Positions 38,732-49,244 are shown, counted from the stretch's first letter. The stretch: DNA of 64,000 nt from Gammaproteobacteria bacterium (GCA_016194665.1 JACQBD010000095.1:4101-68100), one strand, 5' to 3'. Notes: generated by a model from the sequence alone, not told the origin. Numbers and translations are program-made.

Positions 38732-39988
38732 ATGGCCACCGACCCACAAAAATCTGACAAACCGCAAAGCACCGTCATTATCACCGATCGCTTTATTGAA
38801 CGGCGGGCAATGCACGCGGTACGTGGCAGCGATGAAGCCAACGCCGAGCCTTTGGAAGTCGGCAGCATGGTGGGCCGTTATTTAACACTTAGCCGCATAG
38901 GGGTGGGTGGAATGGGCGTAGTTTATCGCGCACATGACACCGAACTTAACCGCACCGTGGCGCTTAAGGTACTGCCGCCCCATTTGGGGCAAAATCCGGA
39001 ATATCTCAAACGTTTTCGTACCGAAGCGCGCGCGCAGGCGCGGCTCAACAATCCGCACGTCATTACCCTATATGAGTTGATGGAGCACCCCGTCGGTCAA
39101 GTGCTAGTGCTGGAATATGTCGAAGGGGAAACTCTGGAAAGCCGGCTGCGACACTATGGGCCGTTATCCCTGGAGGAAGCCTCACGCATTTTCGAGCAGG
39201 CCTTAAACGGCCTGCAACACATCCATCAAATGGGCGTGGTGCACCGCGATCTTAAACCGAGCAATATTTTTATTACCCGCGACGGCACCGTTAAGTTGAT
39301 GGATTTCGGCATCGCCCGGCTCACGGATAATCACGATCCAGCGCAACACGGCGCCATGGTCGGCACCTTGCTTTACATATCGCCGGAACAAATCAACGGG
39401 CGCGAAACCGATTGCCGCTCGGACATTTACACCCTCGGCATCAGCTTGTTTGAATCCATCGCCGGCCGCCTACCTTTCGAGCGCCGCTCGGATTACGCCC
39501 TGATGCACGCACATGTTCAGGAAAATCCGCCGAGTCCCAAAGAATTTCAGCGTCGGTTGCCGCCGAAACTAGAGGCAGTGATTTTAAAAGCCATCGAAAA
39601 AGAACCCAATCGGCGTTTTCAAAGCGCGGTGGAATTTCGTTTAGCGCTAATGGAACTAGGTCTGGTTGAACGTCGTCACATTGCCGCCGAATCCTTTTCG
39701 GGGGTGCGCCGTCCGCAACGGCGCGATAGTCGCCGCATCTGGGGCGGAAAATGGTTTGATCTGTCGTTGGTGGCCACGGCGGTATTGTTGGTCGTGGCCT
39801 TGGATTTATATCCCTTGCCCAAAGTCGGCGTCGAAGACACGAGTGTCAGCGTCGCTCCCGCGCAAAAAATTGCCCGGCAAAAAACCATCGAACATAAGCG
39901 TGCCGCTCAAAACGACGAATCCGATTCATCCGTCCCGCCAGCAACGCAAGATAAATATCAAAGTGTAAGACAGGCCTGGAGCGAGTAA
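38732..39988 (+). CDS. Hanks-type Ser/Thr protein kinase with C-terminal TM segment
   Basis: IGVGGMGVVY, VALK, HRDLKPSN, DFG, YISPEQ, SDIY; hydrophobic LSLVATAVLLVVAL. Confidence 0.95.
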   Translation: MATDPQKSDKPQSTVIITDRFIERRAMHAVRGSDEANAEPLEVGSMVGRYLTLSRIGVGGMGVVYRAHDTELNRTVALKVLPPHLGQNPEYLKRFRTEARAQARLNNPHVITLYELMEHPVGQVLVLEYVEGETLESRLRHYGPLSLEEASRIFEQALNGLQHIHQMGVVHRDLKPSNIFITRDGTVKLMDFGIARLTDNHDPAQHGAMVGTLLYISPEQINGRETDCRSDIYTLGISLFESIAGRLPFERRSDYALMHAHVQENPPSPKEFQRRLPPKLEAVILKAIEKEPNRRFQSAVEFRLALMELGLVERRHIAAESFSGVRRPQRRDSRRIWGGKWFDLSLVATAVLLVVALDLYPLPKVGVEDTSVSVAPAQKIARQKTIEHKRAAQNDESDSSVPPATQDKYQSVRQAWSE

Positions 39989-39993
39989 TCGTC

Positions 39994-40605
39994 ATGAAGT
40001 CCGAACGCCAAGGATCCGGCATGCAGCGTGCGTTTAATTTTTTAACCTTACAACATTTAAAATTTTCCGTGCTGGCCGGGGCGCTGTTGTTATTGTCCGC
40101 TTGCGTGGGCCTACGCGAAGAAACCTGCACCGACTTTGAAAATAACCGCAAACAGCTCGACTACACCACCCAATACGATCTTTCCGAACAGGAATCGGAA
40201 GCCGCGGCTAAAAATTTCAAACGCCTGCCACGCGACGCCGCTGTAGTCGTACGCCTATACAAAATAAACATCGATCCGGGTAAAACCCAGCCCTGCCATC
40301 ATCTTACTATTCATAAAGAAATTTACTTGCAGCGCAAAGCTAAATCCAAGATCGAATTGGAGGAAGTGCGCGAATTTTACACCGCCAAGGGCGTGCTAAT
40401 CGCAACTAAAACGGAATCGGTCGGCGATCAATTGCAAACCACCGGTTATTATTTTGGCGATACGTTATTGCCTGTGCCGCAAAATGCCCCGGCCGGCCGC
40501 TATCGCGTGGTCAGCAAACTGGTATTAAAAACCGCGGACAAATCGAAAAATATTTTGTTAAGCAGAACCAGCGCCAGCTTCCAGGTATTTCCGCGCAGCA
40601 AATAA
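39994..40605 (+). CDS. Putative lipoprotein cotranscribed with the kinase
   Basis: Lipobox LSAC, 5 bp after the kinase stop, beta-rich C-terminus (PVPQNAPAGRYRV). Confidence 0.7.
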   Translation: MKSERQGSGMQRAFNFLTLQHLKFSVLAGALLLLSACVGLREETCTDFENNRKQLDYTTQYDLSEQESEAAAKNFKRLPRDAAVVVRLYKINIDPGKTQPCHHLTIHKEIYLQRKAKSKIELEEVREFYTAKGVLIATKTESVGDQLQTTGYYFGDTLLPVPQNAPAGRYRVVSKLVLKTADKSKNILLSRTSASFQVFPRSK

Positions 40606-40612
40606 TTATTTA

Positions 40613-40890
40613 GGGTACCTCTAAAAATCCTCTCTTCCTGCGGGAGAGGATTAGCAGTTTGTTTAAAAAGGTTTTGTCACCCCGGCGAAAGCCGGGGTCC
40701 AGATTATTAAAACCAGGAAATCAATAATATTCTGGATTCCGGCTTGCGCCGGAATGACGGGTTTGAATATTTTTCGGACTTTTCCAAAAAATTGTTAAGG
40801 TGAGGGGGAGTCAACACATGAAATTTATTATCCCCCTCATCCCCGCCTTCTCCCGGAGGGAGAAGGAGTTTTCAATTTTTAGAAGTTCCC
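40613..40890. mobile_element. MITE-like element, family A copy 3, interrupted by a nested element
   Basis: Right ~68 bp identical to copy 2 except one base; ends GGGTACCTCTAAAAAT / ATTTTTAGAAGTTCCC. Confidence 0.75.
40655..40794. mobile_element. Nested MITE-like element, family B
   Basis: Imperfect TIRs CAGTTTGTTTAAAAAG / CTTTTCCAAAAAATTG, flanks TTAG/TTAA, internal GTCACCCCGGCGAAAGCCGGGGTCCAG..CTGGATTCCGGCTTGCGCCGGAATGAC palindrome. Confidence 0.7.
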
Positions 40891-41546
40891 TGTTTTATAA
40901 ACCCGTGTTGCGCCAAAAATTCACGCGTCACGCTGGCGCTATTTTGCGGCACGCGCTCACCCTGCAACAAGCGCTCTAAATAACGCGCCAGAATATCCAC
41001 TTCCAGATTAACCGCTGCACCGGCTTTGAGCTGACCGAAGGTCGTGGCTTGCAGCGTGTGCGGAACAATATTTAATTCAAACTCAGCGCCATCGATTGAA
41101 TTGACAGTGAGACTAACACCGTCGACGGTGACCGAAGCTTTTTCCGCAATGTATTTAGCCAACGTCTCCGCCGCTTTAATTCGAAACTGCACTGAACGAC
41201 CGGCGTCACGGCGCGCCGCGACGGTGGCGATACCATCCACGTGTCCGCTCACCAGATGACCGCCCAGGGGGCTCGCCAAGGTCAAGGATTTCTCAAGATT
41301 CACGGCATCGCCTACGCGTAGGCGGCCGAAAGTGGTGCGCGCCAAAGTTTCACCCGATACATCCGCGGCAAATTCCGTGGCGCTATGTTCGACCGCGGTC
41401 AGACATACGCCGCTCACAGCGATGCTATCGCCGCGGTTAACGCCCGACATATCCAGAGTCCCCACGGCGACGCGCAAACGTGCATCGCCGTCCTTTTGTT
41501 CGATGGCGGCGATTTTTCCCACGGACTGAATGATTCCTGTAAACAT
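40872..41546 (-). CDS. ribE: Riboflavin synthase (alpha chain; ribE/ribC nomenclature)
   Basis: MFTGII, GDSIAVSGVCLT, GGHLVSGHVD, VNLEVD. Confidence 0.96.
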   Translation of the reverse strand: MFTGIIQSVGKIAAIEQKDGDARLRVAVGTLDMSGVNRGDSIAVSGVCLTAVEHSATEFAADVSGETLARTTFGRLRVGDAVNLEKSLTLASPLGGHLVSGHVDGIATVAARRDAGRSVQFRIKAAETLAKYIAEKASVTVDGVSLTVNSIDGAEFELNIVPHTLQATTFGQLKAGAAVNLEVDILARYLERLLQGERVPQNSASVTREFLAQHGFIKQGTSKN

Positions 41547-41557
41547 AGTTAGCCGTT

Positions 41558-42658
41558 CTATTTCTCGCTGACTTTAACAATGACGCGCCAGTCTTGGCCG
41601 ATCGCTCGTACGTCTTGAATCTCCATACTAATGCGATCACTCATGCGCAGCAGCGGCGGAAAATTAAACATGCCACGTTCGGCACTGCCCATGACATGCG
41701 GCGCGTAATACAGCAGCAGTTCATCCACCATTTTCGCGCGCAGCATGGCGCCGCACAACGTCGCACCCGCCTCCACTAGTATTTCGTTAACTTCCAGCCA
41801 CGCGAGATGCTGCATCATGGCTTCCAGGTCCACTGTCTTTTTCGGCGTGGGCAAGTAGGCAATTTGCGCGCCGGCACGTTTTAAATTATCCGTCAGCGTC
41901 TTATCGTTGTTGGCGGTAACCACTAAAGTTTTACCTTCGCCGCGCAATAAACGCGCCTTCGGCGACATGCGCAACTGACTATCGACCACGACACGCAAGG
42001 GCTGGCGGCCGATTTTCATGGCGCGCACGTTCAACTCAGGATCGTCCGCCAACACCGTGCCGACGCCGGTCATAATCGCGGAACTGCGTGCGCGCCACTT
42101 TTGCACGTCGGCGCGCGCGGCCTCGCCCGTGATCCATTTACTTTGACCGTCAGCCATGGCCGTGCGGCCGTCGAGACTCGCGGCCATTTTCAGGCGCACA
42201 AACGGCCGGCCATGTTTCATGCGACTGATGAAACCGGGATTCAACAGTTCCGCTTCGGATTCCATCAATCCTACATCTACGCGGATACCGCGACTCTCCA
42301 GTTCCTTGAAACCTTTCCCTGATACTTGCGGATTCGGATCGCGCATCGCTGCGACCACGCGTTGCACGCCGGCCTTGATGAGCGCCGTGGTACACGGCGG
42401 CGTACGCCCCTGATGACAACAAGGCTCGAGCGTCAAATACACGCCGGCGCTGCGCGCGTGTTGTAAATTCACCTGGCTGAGCGCGTTGATTTCGGCGTGC
42501 GGCTGGCCGGCGCGTTCGTGCCAGCCTTCGCCGATAATTTTTCCTTCCTTGACGATCACGCAACCCACGCGCGGATTGGGATCGGTGGTATACATCCCGC
42601 GCCGCGCCAATTGCAAAGCGCGCGCCATAAACTGCGCATCGGCGGCCGAAGTCGTCAT
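41558..42658 (-). CDS. ribD: Riboflavin biosynthesis deaminase/reductase
   Basis: [29 protein letters not shown]. Confidence 0.97.
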   Translation of the reverse strand: MTTSAADAQFMARALQLARRGMYTTDPNPRVGCVIVKEGKIIGEGWHERAGQPHAEINALSQVNLQHARSAGVYLTLEPCCHQGRTPPCTTALIKAGVQRVVAAMRDPNPQVSGKGFKELESRGIRVDVGLMESEAELLNPGFISRMKHGRPFVRLKMAASLDGRTAMADGQSKWITGEAARADVQKWRARSSAIMTGVGTVLADDPELNVRAMKIGRQPLRVVVDSQLRMSPKARLLRGEGKTLVVTANNDKTLTDNLKRAGAQIAYLPTPKKTVDLEAMMQHLAWLEVNEILVEAGATLCGAMLRAKMVDELLLYYAPHVMGSAERGMFNFPPLLRMSDRISMEIQDVRAIGQDWRVIVKVSEK

Positions 42659-43209
42659 GATTTTTTATTCGACGATTTGCGTCCTGGGGTGCTGGTGGAT
42701 TTCGACGACTCGGGTTCGGGAATCAGCGACAACTGCTTGCGCCGTATCTCGGCGCTGGGTTCGTCTTGCAAGCGCTGTACTTCATCGCGAAACGCATTCA
42801 AATCTTGAAAACTGCGATACACCGAAGCAAAGCGCACGTAAGCCACGGGGTCGAGATCCTTCAACTCTTCCATGATCCATTCGCCGATTTGGCGCGAGGC
42901 CACCTCGCCTTCGCCGCTGGCCATGAGTTTATGGCGGATGCGTCCGATCATGCGCTCCACTACGTCCGTATCCACCGGGCGTTTCTCCAGCGCGCGCGAT
43001 AATCCATTCTGAAGTTTTTTTTCGTTATAAGGCTCGCGCCGTCCGTCCGATTTCATGACTTGCGGCAAACGTAATTCGGCGCGTTCAAATGTGGTGAAAC
43101 GCTCGGCGCACACTTCGCATTCGCGCCGCCGGCGCACCGAATCGCCGTCGTCGGAGAGACGCGAATCGATGACGCGGGTTTCATCGGCGGAACAAAATGG
43201 GCAGCGCAT
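42655..43209 (-). CDS. nrdR: Ribonucleotide reductase repressor
   Basis: MRCPFC, RRRREC..RFTTFE, ATP cone, [10 protein letters not shown]. Confidence 0.97.
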   Translation of the reverse strand: MRCPFCSADETRVIDSRLSDDGDSVRRRRECEVCAERFTTFERAELRLPQVMKSDGRREPYNEKKLQNGLSRALEKRPVDTDVVERMIGRIRHKLMASGEGEVASRQIGEWIMEELKDLDPVAYVRFASVYRSFQDLNAFRDEVQRLQDEPSAEIRRKQLSLIPEPESSKSTSTPGRKSSNKKS

Positions 43210-43285
43210 AAGTCAGGTGAAATTCGTGAGAATGGTATTGGCTTGCGGCTATACGGTACTGACGCGCTCCCCAAACTGCAAGCGC

Positions 43286-44134
43286 TTAAAAGAAATACCG
43301 AATTCCTAAGTTTATGCCCAGGTTGCGCGTAACACTGCGCGGCTCATACACAGTACCGGCAGGCACGCCGTTGCTCATAAGGGTTTGCGTCGGACTGCGT
43401 CCCAGCTCCCAGCCTTCCATATAAGGTTCTATCTTAAAATGAGCACGCTGATTCAGCCGATATTCCCAGGGCAAGGCCAAGCGCCAACCGGTGCGCGCAC
43501 CCAAATCGAGAGTGAAATTTTCGCCACGGCCGCGATAATCGACTTCAATCGTCGGCGCCATCGGACGAAACAATTGCAAATCGAGACGCCAATCGGACAG
43601 GCCGGCGCGATACAGCAGCGTTTTCCCGCCAAGAAAAAAATAGCGCCAACGATAAATTTCGAACAAGCCGTCGACGCGTTGGCCGCTGGCGGTAGACGTG
43701 GAACGAATGTCCCGCGCCCAATAGCGATAACCGATACCGCCGTAAAATGCCAGTGGCCAGGCATCGGCGGAAGCACCCACACGCCGTTCCAGACTCACGG
43801 ACGTATCCAGGATTTTTTCATCCGTGCGTGAACGGACAGGTATGCCAGTATTGGTCTGGCCGTCGTACAACACGTCTCCATTGTGCCAACTAAAACGTCC
43901 GTTCAAGCTCCAGTTGCCTTCTATGCGCGCAAGGCCTAAGACCGCACCGGGTAATGTGCCTTTCTCACGGTCAAGTAATTTCCCTGTATCGGCGTACTCG
44001 CGATAATCGAAACGTAAGGCTGCGAACTCAACATCGCCTTGCCAACGCGCTGCGCTATCATCGGCATATGCGTTGACGTCAGCGATGAACATAAGCCATG
44101 CAGCGCATAACAAAGTAACTCTCATTTTGCGCAT
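43286..44134 (-). CDS. Outer-membrane beta-barrel protein (paralog of 45..881)
   Basis: Signal peptide, YDGQTNTGIP, GIGYRYW, EPY, YEP, C-terminal YFF. Confidence 0.75.
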   Translation of the reverse strand: MRKMRVTLLCAAWLMFIADVNAYADDSAARWQGDVEFAALRFDYREYADTGKLLDREKGTLPGAVLGLARIEGNWSLNGRFSWHNGDVLYDGQTNTGIPVRSRTDEKILDTSVSLERRVGASADAWPLAFYGGIGYRYWARDIRSTSTASGQRVDGLFEIYRWRYFFLGGKTLLYRAGLSDWRLDLQLFRPMAPTIEVDYRGRGENFTLDLGARTGWRLALPWEYRLNQRAHFKIEPYMEGWELGRSPTQTLMSNGVPAGTVYEPRSVTRNLGINLGIRYFF

Positions 44135-44150
44135 TTTTTACGAGAACCTC

Positions 44151-44184
44151 AAAAAAAATGGCACGGACAATCCCTGCCCGTGCC
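44151..44184 (-). terminator. Rho-independent terminator between lipoprotein and barrel genes
   Basis: Minus strand GGCACGGGCA-loop-TGTCCGTGCC followed by A and T8. Confidence 0.75.
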
Positions 44185-44204
44185 TGGTATCCTAAAAAAT
44201 ATTT

Positions 44205-45245
44205 CTACAATCTAAAATTCGACCAAAGCTGTAAAAGTGGCGGAGTATAAGTGCCCGTCCCCAAGGTGTCCCATTCAAGGTTATATGAATTCTTATCGAC
44301 CCCGGTTAAGCGGAGTTTGCTGTAACCTAAAGGCGTTAATGCTCCAGTAATTTCTAATCCACCAGGAAATGGTCCAGGATCAGGCACATCTTGAAAACGA
44401 AAAGTGGCCGGAGTTGCAACCAAGCCACAGCCTTCTAGCCAGTGACACATTACTCCGTCATAAGAAATATCACTATATGTGCCCCCGAATAAATTTTTCA
44501 CTACAAAATTATTGAATCTAATGTACTCGCCATTGGCAGTATCATTACGAATATCTACAGTAGCAGTGATTGAAGCGCTGATGGGTAATCCGCTGGTGTC
44601 GTATCCGTATTGTGTCGTTAACGAACCCGTAAAGGTATTGGACTGAGCGCCCTGCGTAAAAGCAAAGGTTCCAGCAGAAGTTATCGATTCCAAATTACCC
44701 GTAGCTAGAATATGTCCCTGAATCGCTATGTTGCCAGAAAGAGCCCCCACACCTTCATCGTTGCATGCAGAATATCTAATACTCCCTGTGAAATCTCCAG
44801 CGCTATCAACCGTAATATTGACTGTCGCCGAACCGCTGGGAACACAAGCTACGGTTCCGGTGTCTTGTATGCTCACCCCGTTAACATTTACTGGATTTAA
44901 TTTGACGCTCTTCAAAGATTTCTGCAAAGTATCAGCTATATGTACAAAGATCGGCTTCCCGGACACCTGCGCTGTCTGTACATCAACTCCCGACACGACC
45001 TGTCCTGCGTAACGCGTTCCGAAATCTGACATGGCAAAAGCGGCAAGTGTCTTTGCATTTGCGCCTGTTATCACTGCACCATTGGAATTACCTACGTAGA
45101 TCACCGGTTGCAAAGCGCCGGTAGCATTCGCATTGCTATTGCTTCCGCCACCGCCTCCCGAGCCGCAGGCAGCCAGAAAAATAGCGAGGAAAAGCACGAC
45201 CGCCAAGCGGTGTAACGGAAAAAATATCCAACTAAGGTAGTTCAT
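44205..45245 (-). CDS. Putative surface lipoprotein
   Basis: Lipobox LAAC followed by a GSGGGGGSNS linker; Gly/Ser/Thr-rich beta structure; RBS GGAGGAG. Confidence 0.75.
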   Translation of the reverse strand: MNYLSWIFFPLHRLAVVLFLAIFLAACGSGGGGGSNSNANATGALQPVIYVGNSNGAVITGANAKTLAAFAMSDFGTRYAGQVVSGVDVQTAQVSGKPIFVHIADTLQKSLKSVKLNPVNVNGVSIQDTGTVACVPSGSATVNITVDSAGDFTGSIRYSACNDEGVGALSGNIAIQGHILATGNLESITSAGTFAFTQGAQSNTFTGSLTTQYGYDTSGLPISASITATVDIRNDTANGEYIRFNNFVVKNLFGGTYSDISYDGVMCHWLEGCGLVATPATFRFQDVPDPGPFPGGLEITGALTPLGYSKLRLTGVDKNSYNLEWDTLGTGTYTPPLLQLWSNFRL

Positions 45246-45614
45246 AACATCTCCTCCCCCATAGATTAAATTAACAGCTTAGTGACTACACTGTCGGCGT
45301 AATTCTGCATCGTATTCGCCGATCTCTTTTGTCTAAATTTTCTCAAAAAAATACCTTTTCAAAATACCGCGTGACACCACTTATTGGTATCCTGCCCTGA
45401 AGCTTGCCGAAGGGAATAGAACGATGTGGCGGAGCTTATACGGCAACGACTGTATGTTTTTTGAGCCAGGTTTTAATCAGAAACCTGGTGGGCAAACAGT
45501 GTTGTCATCCTTCACTGGATATTTTGAGATGGCCTAATATTTGTGCGCAAAGTATGCCATGGGCTCTCGAACTTCGACATCTAGGTCTTTAAACTCTTGT
45601 TCGATTAAGCAAAT

Positions 45615-46871
45615 TTAATATTGATACACCGGAAAACGACGGCAAATAGCCTCCACTTTTGCCTTAACCACCGTGCGCACCCCCGGATCGTCCAGACGGT
45701 CGACGATATCGCAAATCCACCCTGCCAATTCGCGGCTTTCGTTTTCGCCGAAACCGCGCGTGGTGATCGCCGGCGTACCGAGACGGATACCGCTGGTAAT
45801 AAACGGCGATTGCGGATCGTTGGGGACGGCGTTTTTATTGACGGTGATATGCGCTTCGCTCAATGCCGCTTCTACGTCTTTGCCGGTTAATTTTTTAGCG
45901 ATGAAATCCACTAAGAACAAATGATTGTCAGTGCCGCCGGAGACCACTTTGTAACCGCGGTCCATCATCATCTTAGCCATGGCGCGCGAATTTTTTAACA
46001 CTTGCTGTTGATAAGTTTTGAACGACGGTTCCAAGGCTTCCTTGAAAGCGACCGCCTTGGCGGCGATTACATGCATCAGCGGTCCGCCCTGCGTACCGGG
46101 GAAAATCGTCGAGTTTAGTTTCTTTTCGATATCGGGGTTGGCTTTCGCCAGAATGATGCCGCCGCGCGGGCCGCGCAGGGTTTTATGTGTCGTGGTCGTG
46201 GTGACGTCGGCGATTTGCACCGGATTTGGATAAATTCCCGCGGCCACCAAGCCGGCGACGTGCGCCATGTCGACAAACAAAAAGGCGCCGATTTTATCGG
46301 CAATATTTCGAAACCGCTGCCAATCGACCACGCGCGAATACGCCGAAAACCCGGCGACGATCATTTTGGGTTTGTGTTCGTGAGCCAAATGCTCGACTTG
46401 CTCGTAATCGATCTCTTCGGTTTGGCTGCTTAAACCGTATTGCACCGCGTTATAAATTTTCCCGGAGAAATTAACCTTGGCGCCGTGGGTTAAATGTCCG
46501 CCGTGCGCCAGGCTCATACCTAATATAGTGTCGCCCGGGTTGAGCAAGGCCATGTACACCGCGGCATTGGCTTGCGAGCCGGAATGCGGCTGAACATTGG
46601 CGTAAGCCGCGCCGAACAATTGCTTGGCGCGCTCGATCGCCAAACGCTCGGCGACATCCACGTATTCACAACCGCCGTAGTAACGCTTGCCCGGATAACC
46701 TTCGGCATATTTATTGGTGAGCACCGAACCCTGGGCTTGCAGCACGCGCGGACTGACGTAATTTTCCGAGGCGATAAGTTCAATATGATCTTCCTGACGC
46801 CGAACTTCGTCCTGCATGGAAGTCCACAATTCATCGTCAAAACCTTTAATCGTCATATCATTCTTAAACAT
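45615..46871 (-). CDS. glyA: Serine hydroxymethyltransferase
   Basis: [34 protein letters not shown]. Confidence 0.98.
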   Translation of the reverse strand: MFKNDMTIKGFDDELWTSMQDEVRRQEDHIELIASENYVSPRVLQAQGSVLTNKYAEGYPGKRYYGGCEYVDVAERLAIERAKQLFGAAYANVQPHSGSQANAAVYMALLNPGDTILGMSLAHGGHLTHGAKVNFSGKIYNAVQYGLSSQTEEIDYEQVEHLAHEHKPKMIVAGFSAYSRVVDWQRFRNIADKIGAFLFVDMAHVAGLVAAGIYPNPVQIADVTTTTTHKTLRGPRGGIILAKANPDIEKKLNSTIFPGTQGGPLMHVIAAKAVAFKEALEPSFKTYQQQVLKNSRAMAKMMMDRGYKVVSGGTDNHLFLVDFIAKKLTGKDVEAALSEAHITVNKNAVPNDPQSPFITSGIRLGTPAITTRGFGENESRELAGWICDIVDRLDDPGVRTVVKAKVEAICRRFPVYQY

Positions 46872-47043
46872 TGCAACTTATCTCCTGGATAGGTGGCGTC
46901 TGGCGGCGATTAAACCACGGCGAAAGGCAGCCAGGCCGCTGAAAAGCGGCATAGGATATACGATTACGCCAATGGATGCATGTGCGGTGCATGCCTAAAT
47001 AACTGCAAATTAACCGCAGATGAATCTGAAACGCGGGGAAATT

Positions 47044-47526
47044 TTACTTATATAAACTGCGCGCGCAGGTCAGAAACTCGGCATAGCTCAGGTAATGACT
47101 GCCGTCGCAGGAAAAATTCAAGCCCACCATGCCGTTGACGATGTTCAAGGAAGCGGCGCGCAAATAAATATGATCGTCATGCTCACGTAGCCACTTGAAT
47201 TCCGCCAGCACCTTGGAAATTTCCCGAGCCGGGATGATGGCTTCCGGTGAGTAAGGCAAACGTGGGTAGCTTAAACACAAATCAGGATCGAGAAACTCTT
47301 CTTTGACATGCACGCGATAACGTAAAGGATCGGTGAGCAACCACAACGTCACCTGGCCGGTAGAGAAATGGATTTTGATATGAAATACGCCGTGCTCGCG
47401 GAACAAAATATCGGCGCGTGTCAGCACTTCGTCGATGCGTTTGTCGAATTCATTAGCGACACGCGCCTGATCAAATACGAATTGGCGTACGGAAGGATCG
47501 CCACGTATTTGCAACCAGCTCGCCAT
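47044..47526 (-). CDS. Hypothetical protein, last gene of the cyanase/ABC operon
   Basis: RBS AAGGAGGT overlapping the stop of the ATPase gene; two-fold internal repeat. Confidence 0.75.
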   Translation of the reverse strand: MASWLQIRGDPSVRQFVFDQARVANEFDKRIDEVLTRADILFREHGVFHIKIHFSTGQVTLWLLTDPLRYRVHVKEEFLDPDLCLSYPRLPYSPEAIIPAREISKVLAEFKWLREHDDHIYLRAASLNIVNGMVGLNFSCDGSHYLSYAEFLTCARSLYK

Positions 47527-47535
47527 GTCACCTCC

Positions 47536-48324
47536 TTATGCTGCGATATACTGTCGTCCGTAAAGAAATCGCAATACTTCACCGCGTAAACGCAGATAGT
47601 GCGCATCCTGCGCCAGCGCCAAACGTTCGCGCGGACGCGGAATGTCGATTTCTAAAATCTGTCCGATGGTCGCCGCGGGGCCGTTGGTCATCATCACGAT
47701 CCGATCCGAAAGCAGCACGGCTTCGTCCACGTCGTGCGTAACCATGATCGTGGTGCAACCGATCGCCGCCACTAACTTAGCTAATTCGTCCTGTAAGTGT
47801 GCGCGCGTCAGCGCGTCTAAAGCACCCAAAGGCTCATCGAGCAACAACACTTTAGGCTGCATCGACAAAGCGCGCGCGATCCCCACGCGTTGTTTCATGC
47901 CGCCCGATATTTCGTGTGGAAATTTGTGTGCCGCGTCGGTGAGGCCGACGAGCTTGAGTGCATCGTGCGTGCGTTGACGCAGCTGCGTCTTACTTTCTTG
48001 CGCGCCGAAGACACGCTCGACGGCCAAGTACACATTGTCAAAGCAGCTCATCCACGGCAGCAAAGAATGGTTCTGAAATACCACCGCGCGATCCGGGCCG
48101 GGGCCGGCGATTTCGCGTCCAGCGCATAACAGCACGCCATCGCTGGCTGTACTTAAGCCGGTAATCAGATTGAGCAAAGTCGATTTGCCGCAACCGGAAT
48201 GGCCGATGATGGAAACAAATTCACCTTCGTGCACGGACAAATTAATATCGCGCAAAGCGACGAAACGTCCCTTCTTGGTTTCAAATACCTTTTGTACGTT
48301 TTCAAGTTGTACGTAGCGCTTCAT
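47536..48324 (-). CDS. Nitrate/nitrite/cyanate ABC transporter ATPase (NrtD/CynD-like)
   Basis: GHSGCGKS, ISGGMKQR, LLLDEP, MMTNGPAATIG; likely start MKRYVQ at 48324. Confidence 0.92.
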   Translation of the reverse strand: MKRYVQLENVQKVFETKKGRFVALRDINLSVHEGEFVSIIGHSGCGKSTLLNLITGLSTASDGVLLCAGREIAGPGPDRAVVFQNHSLLPWMSCFDNVYLAVERVFGAQESKTQLRQRTHDALKLVGLTDAAHKFPHEISGGMKQRVGIARALSMQPKVLLLDEPLGALDALTRAHLQDELAKLVAAIGCTTIMVTHDVDEAVLLSDRIVMMTNGPAATIGQILEIDIPRPRERLALAQDAHYLRLRGEVLRFLYGRQYIAA

Positions 48325-48326
48325 TT

Positions 48327-49244
48327 TTATTTCTCCGCGTAATCGAAGCGACGCGCCAGCAATAGCAGCAGTTGTTCCAACAGCAGGCCGATAATGCCGA
48401 CGACGAAAATGGCAATGATGATGTGCTCGACATTGAGATTGTTCCATTCATCCCACACCCAAAAACCGAGTCCCACGCCGCCGGTCAGCATCTCCGCGGC
48501 GACAATCACAAGCCAAGCGACGCCAATCGATAAACGCACCCCGGTCATCATGTAGGGCAGTACCGCCGGAAATAAAACCTTGGTAAAAACTTTCCATTCC
48601 GAAAGTTTCAACACGCGCGCCACGTTCAAATAATCTTGCGGTATGCGCGTGACTCCCACGGCGGTATTGATGATCATCGGCCATATGCTGGAAATAAAAA
48701 TCACCCATATGGCCGCGGGTTGGGCTTCCTTGAAAACATATAAACCGATCGGCAACCACGCCAGCGGACTCACCGGCCGCAACAGGCTAATAATCGGCGA
48801 CATCATTTTGCTGAGAAAAGCAAAGCGCCCGATTAAAAAACCCAGCGGAATGCCGATGACGGCGGCAAGCCCGAAACCCATGCCCACGCGCGACAAGGAG
48901 CGCAGCACATTCCAACCGATGCCCTGATCGTTGGGTCCGCGTTGATAAAAAGGATCGCTGAATAATTTAAGCGCCGAATTCCACGTCGGCATGGGTCCGG
49001 GAAGGCCGCTGCGGTGGGCGACAATGGCCCACAAGCCCACAAATATGGCGAGCCCTAAGGCCGCGGGGAACAGCGCGCGCAATATATTGAAGATGACAGC
49101 GCCATATCGTTTCAGTACAGACACTCCGGCCGCCGGCGGAATCGCTGCCGGCTCAGGTGCGGATATCGTTTCGATCTTGGCCACTTTCGGTTCGGCTTTT
49201 TGCCATTCCTTACTTACGCTTACCACATTCATGCTGCGCTCCAA
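48327..49244 (-). CDS. Nitrate/nitrite/cyanate ABC permease (NrtB/CynB-like)
   Basis: GPNDQGIGW, LRPVSPLAWLP, AAEMLTGGVGLGFWVWDEWN. Confidence 0.92.
   Translation of the reverse strand: MERSMNVVSVSKEWQKAEPKVAKIETISAPEPAAIPPAAGVSVLKRYGAVIFNILRALFPAALGLAIFVGLWAIVAHRSGLPGPMPTWNSALKLFSDPFYQRGPNDQGIGWNVLRSLSRVGMGFGLAAVIGIPLGFLIGRFAFLSKMMSPIISLLRPVSPLAWLPIGLYVFKEAQPAAIWVIFISSIWPMIINTAVGVTRIPQDYLNVARVLKLSEWKVFTKVLFPAVLPYMMTGVRLSIGVAWLVIVAAEMLTGGVGLGFWVWDEWNNLNVEHIIIAIFVVGIIGLLLEQLLLLLARRFDYAEK

Noticed and set aside
46872-47043. ZMP/ZTP or glycine riboswitch upstream of glyA
   Set aside because: The GC-rich leader could fold, but I could not find the conserved motifs; an Rfam scan would settle it
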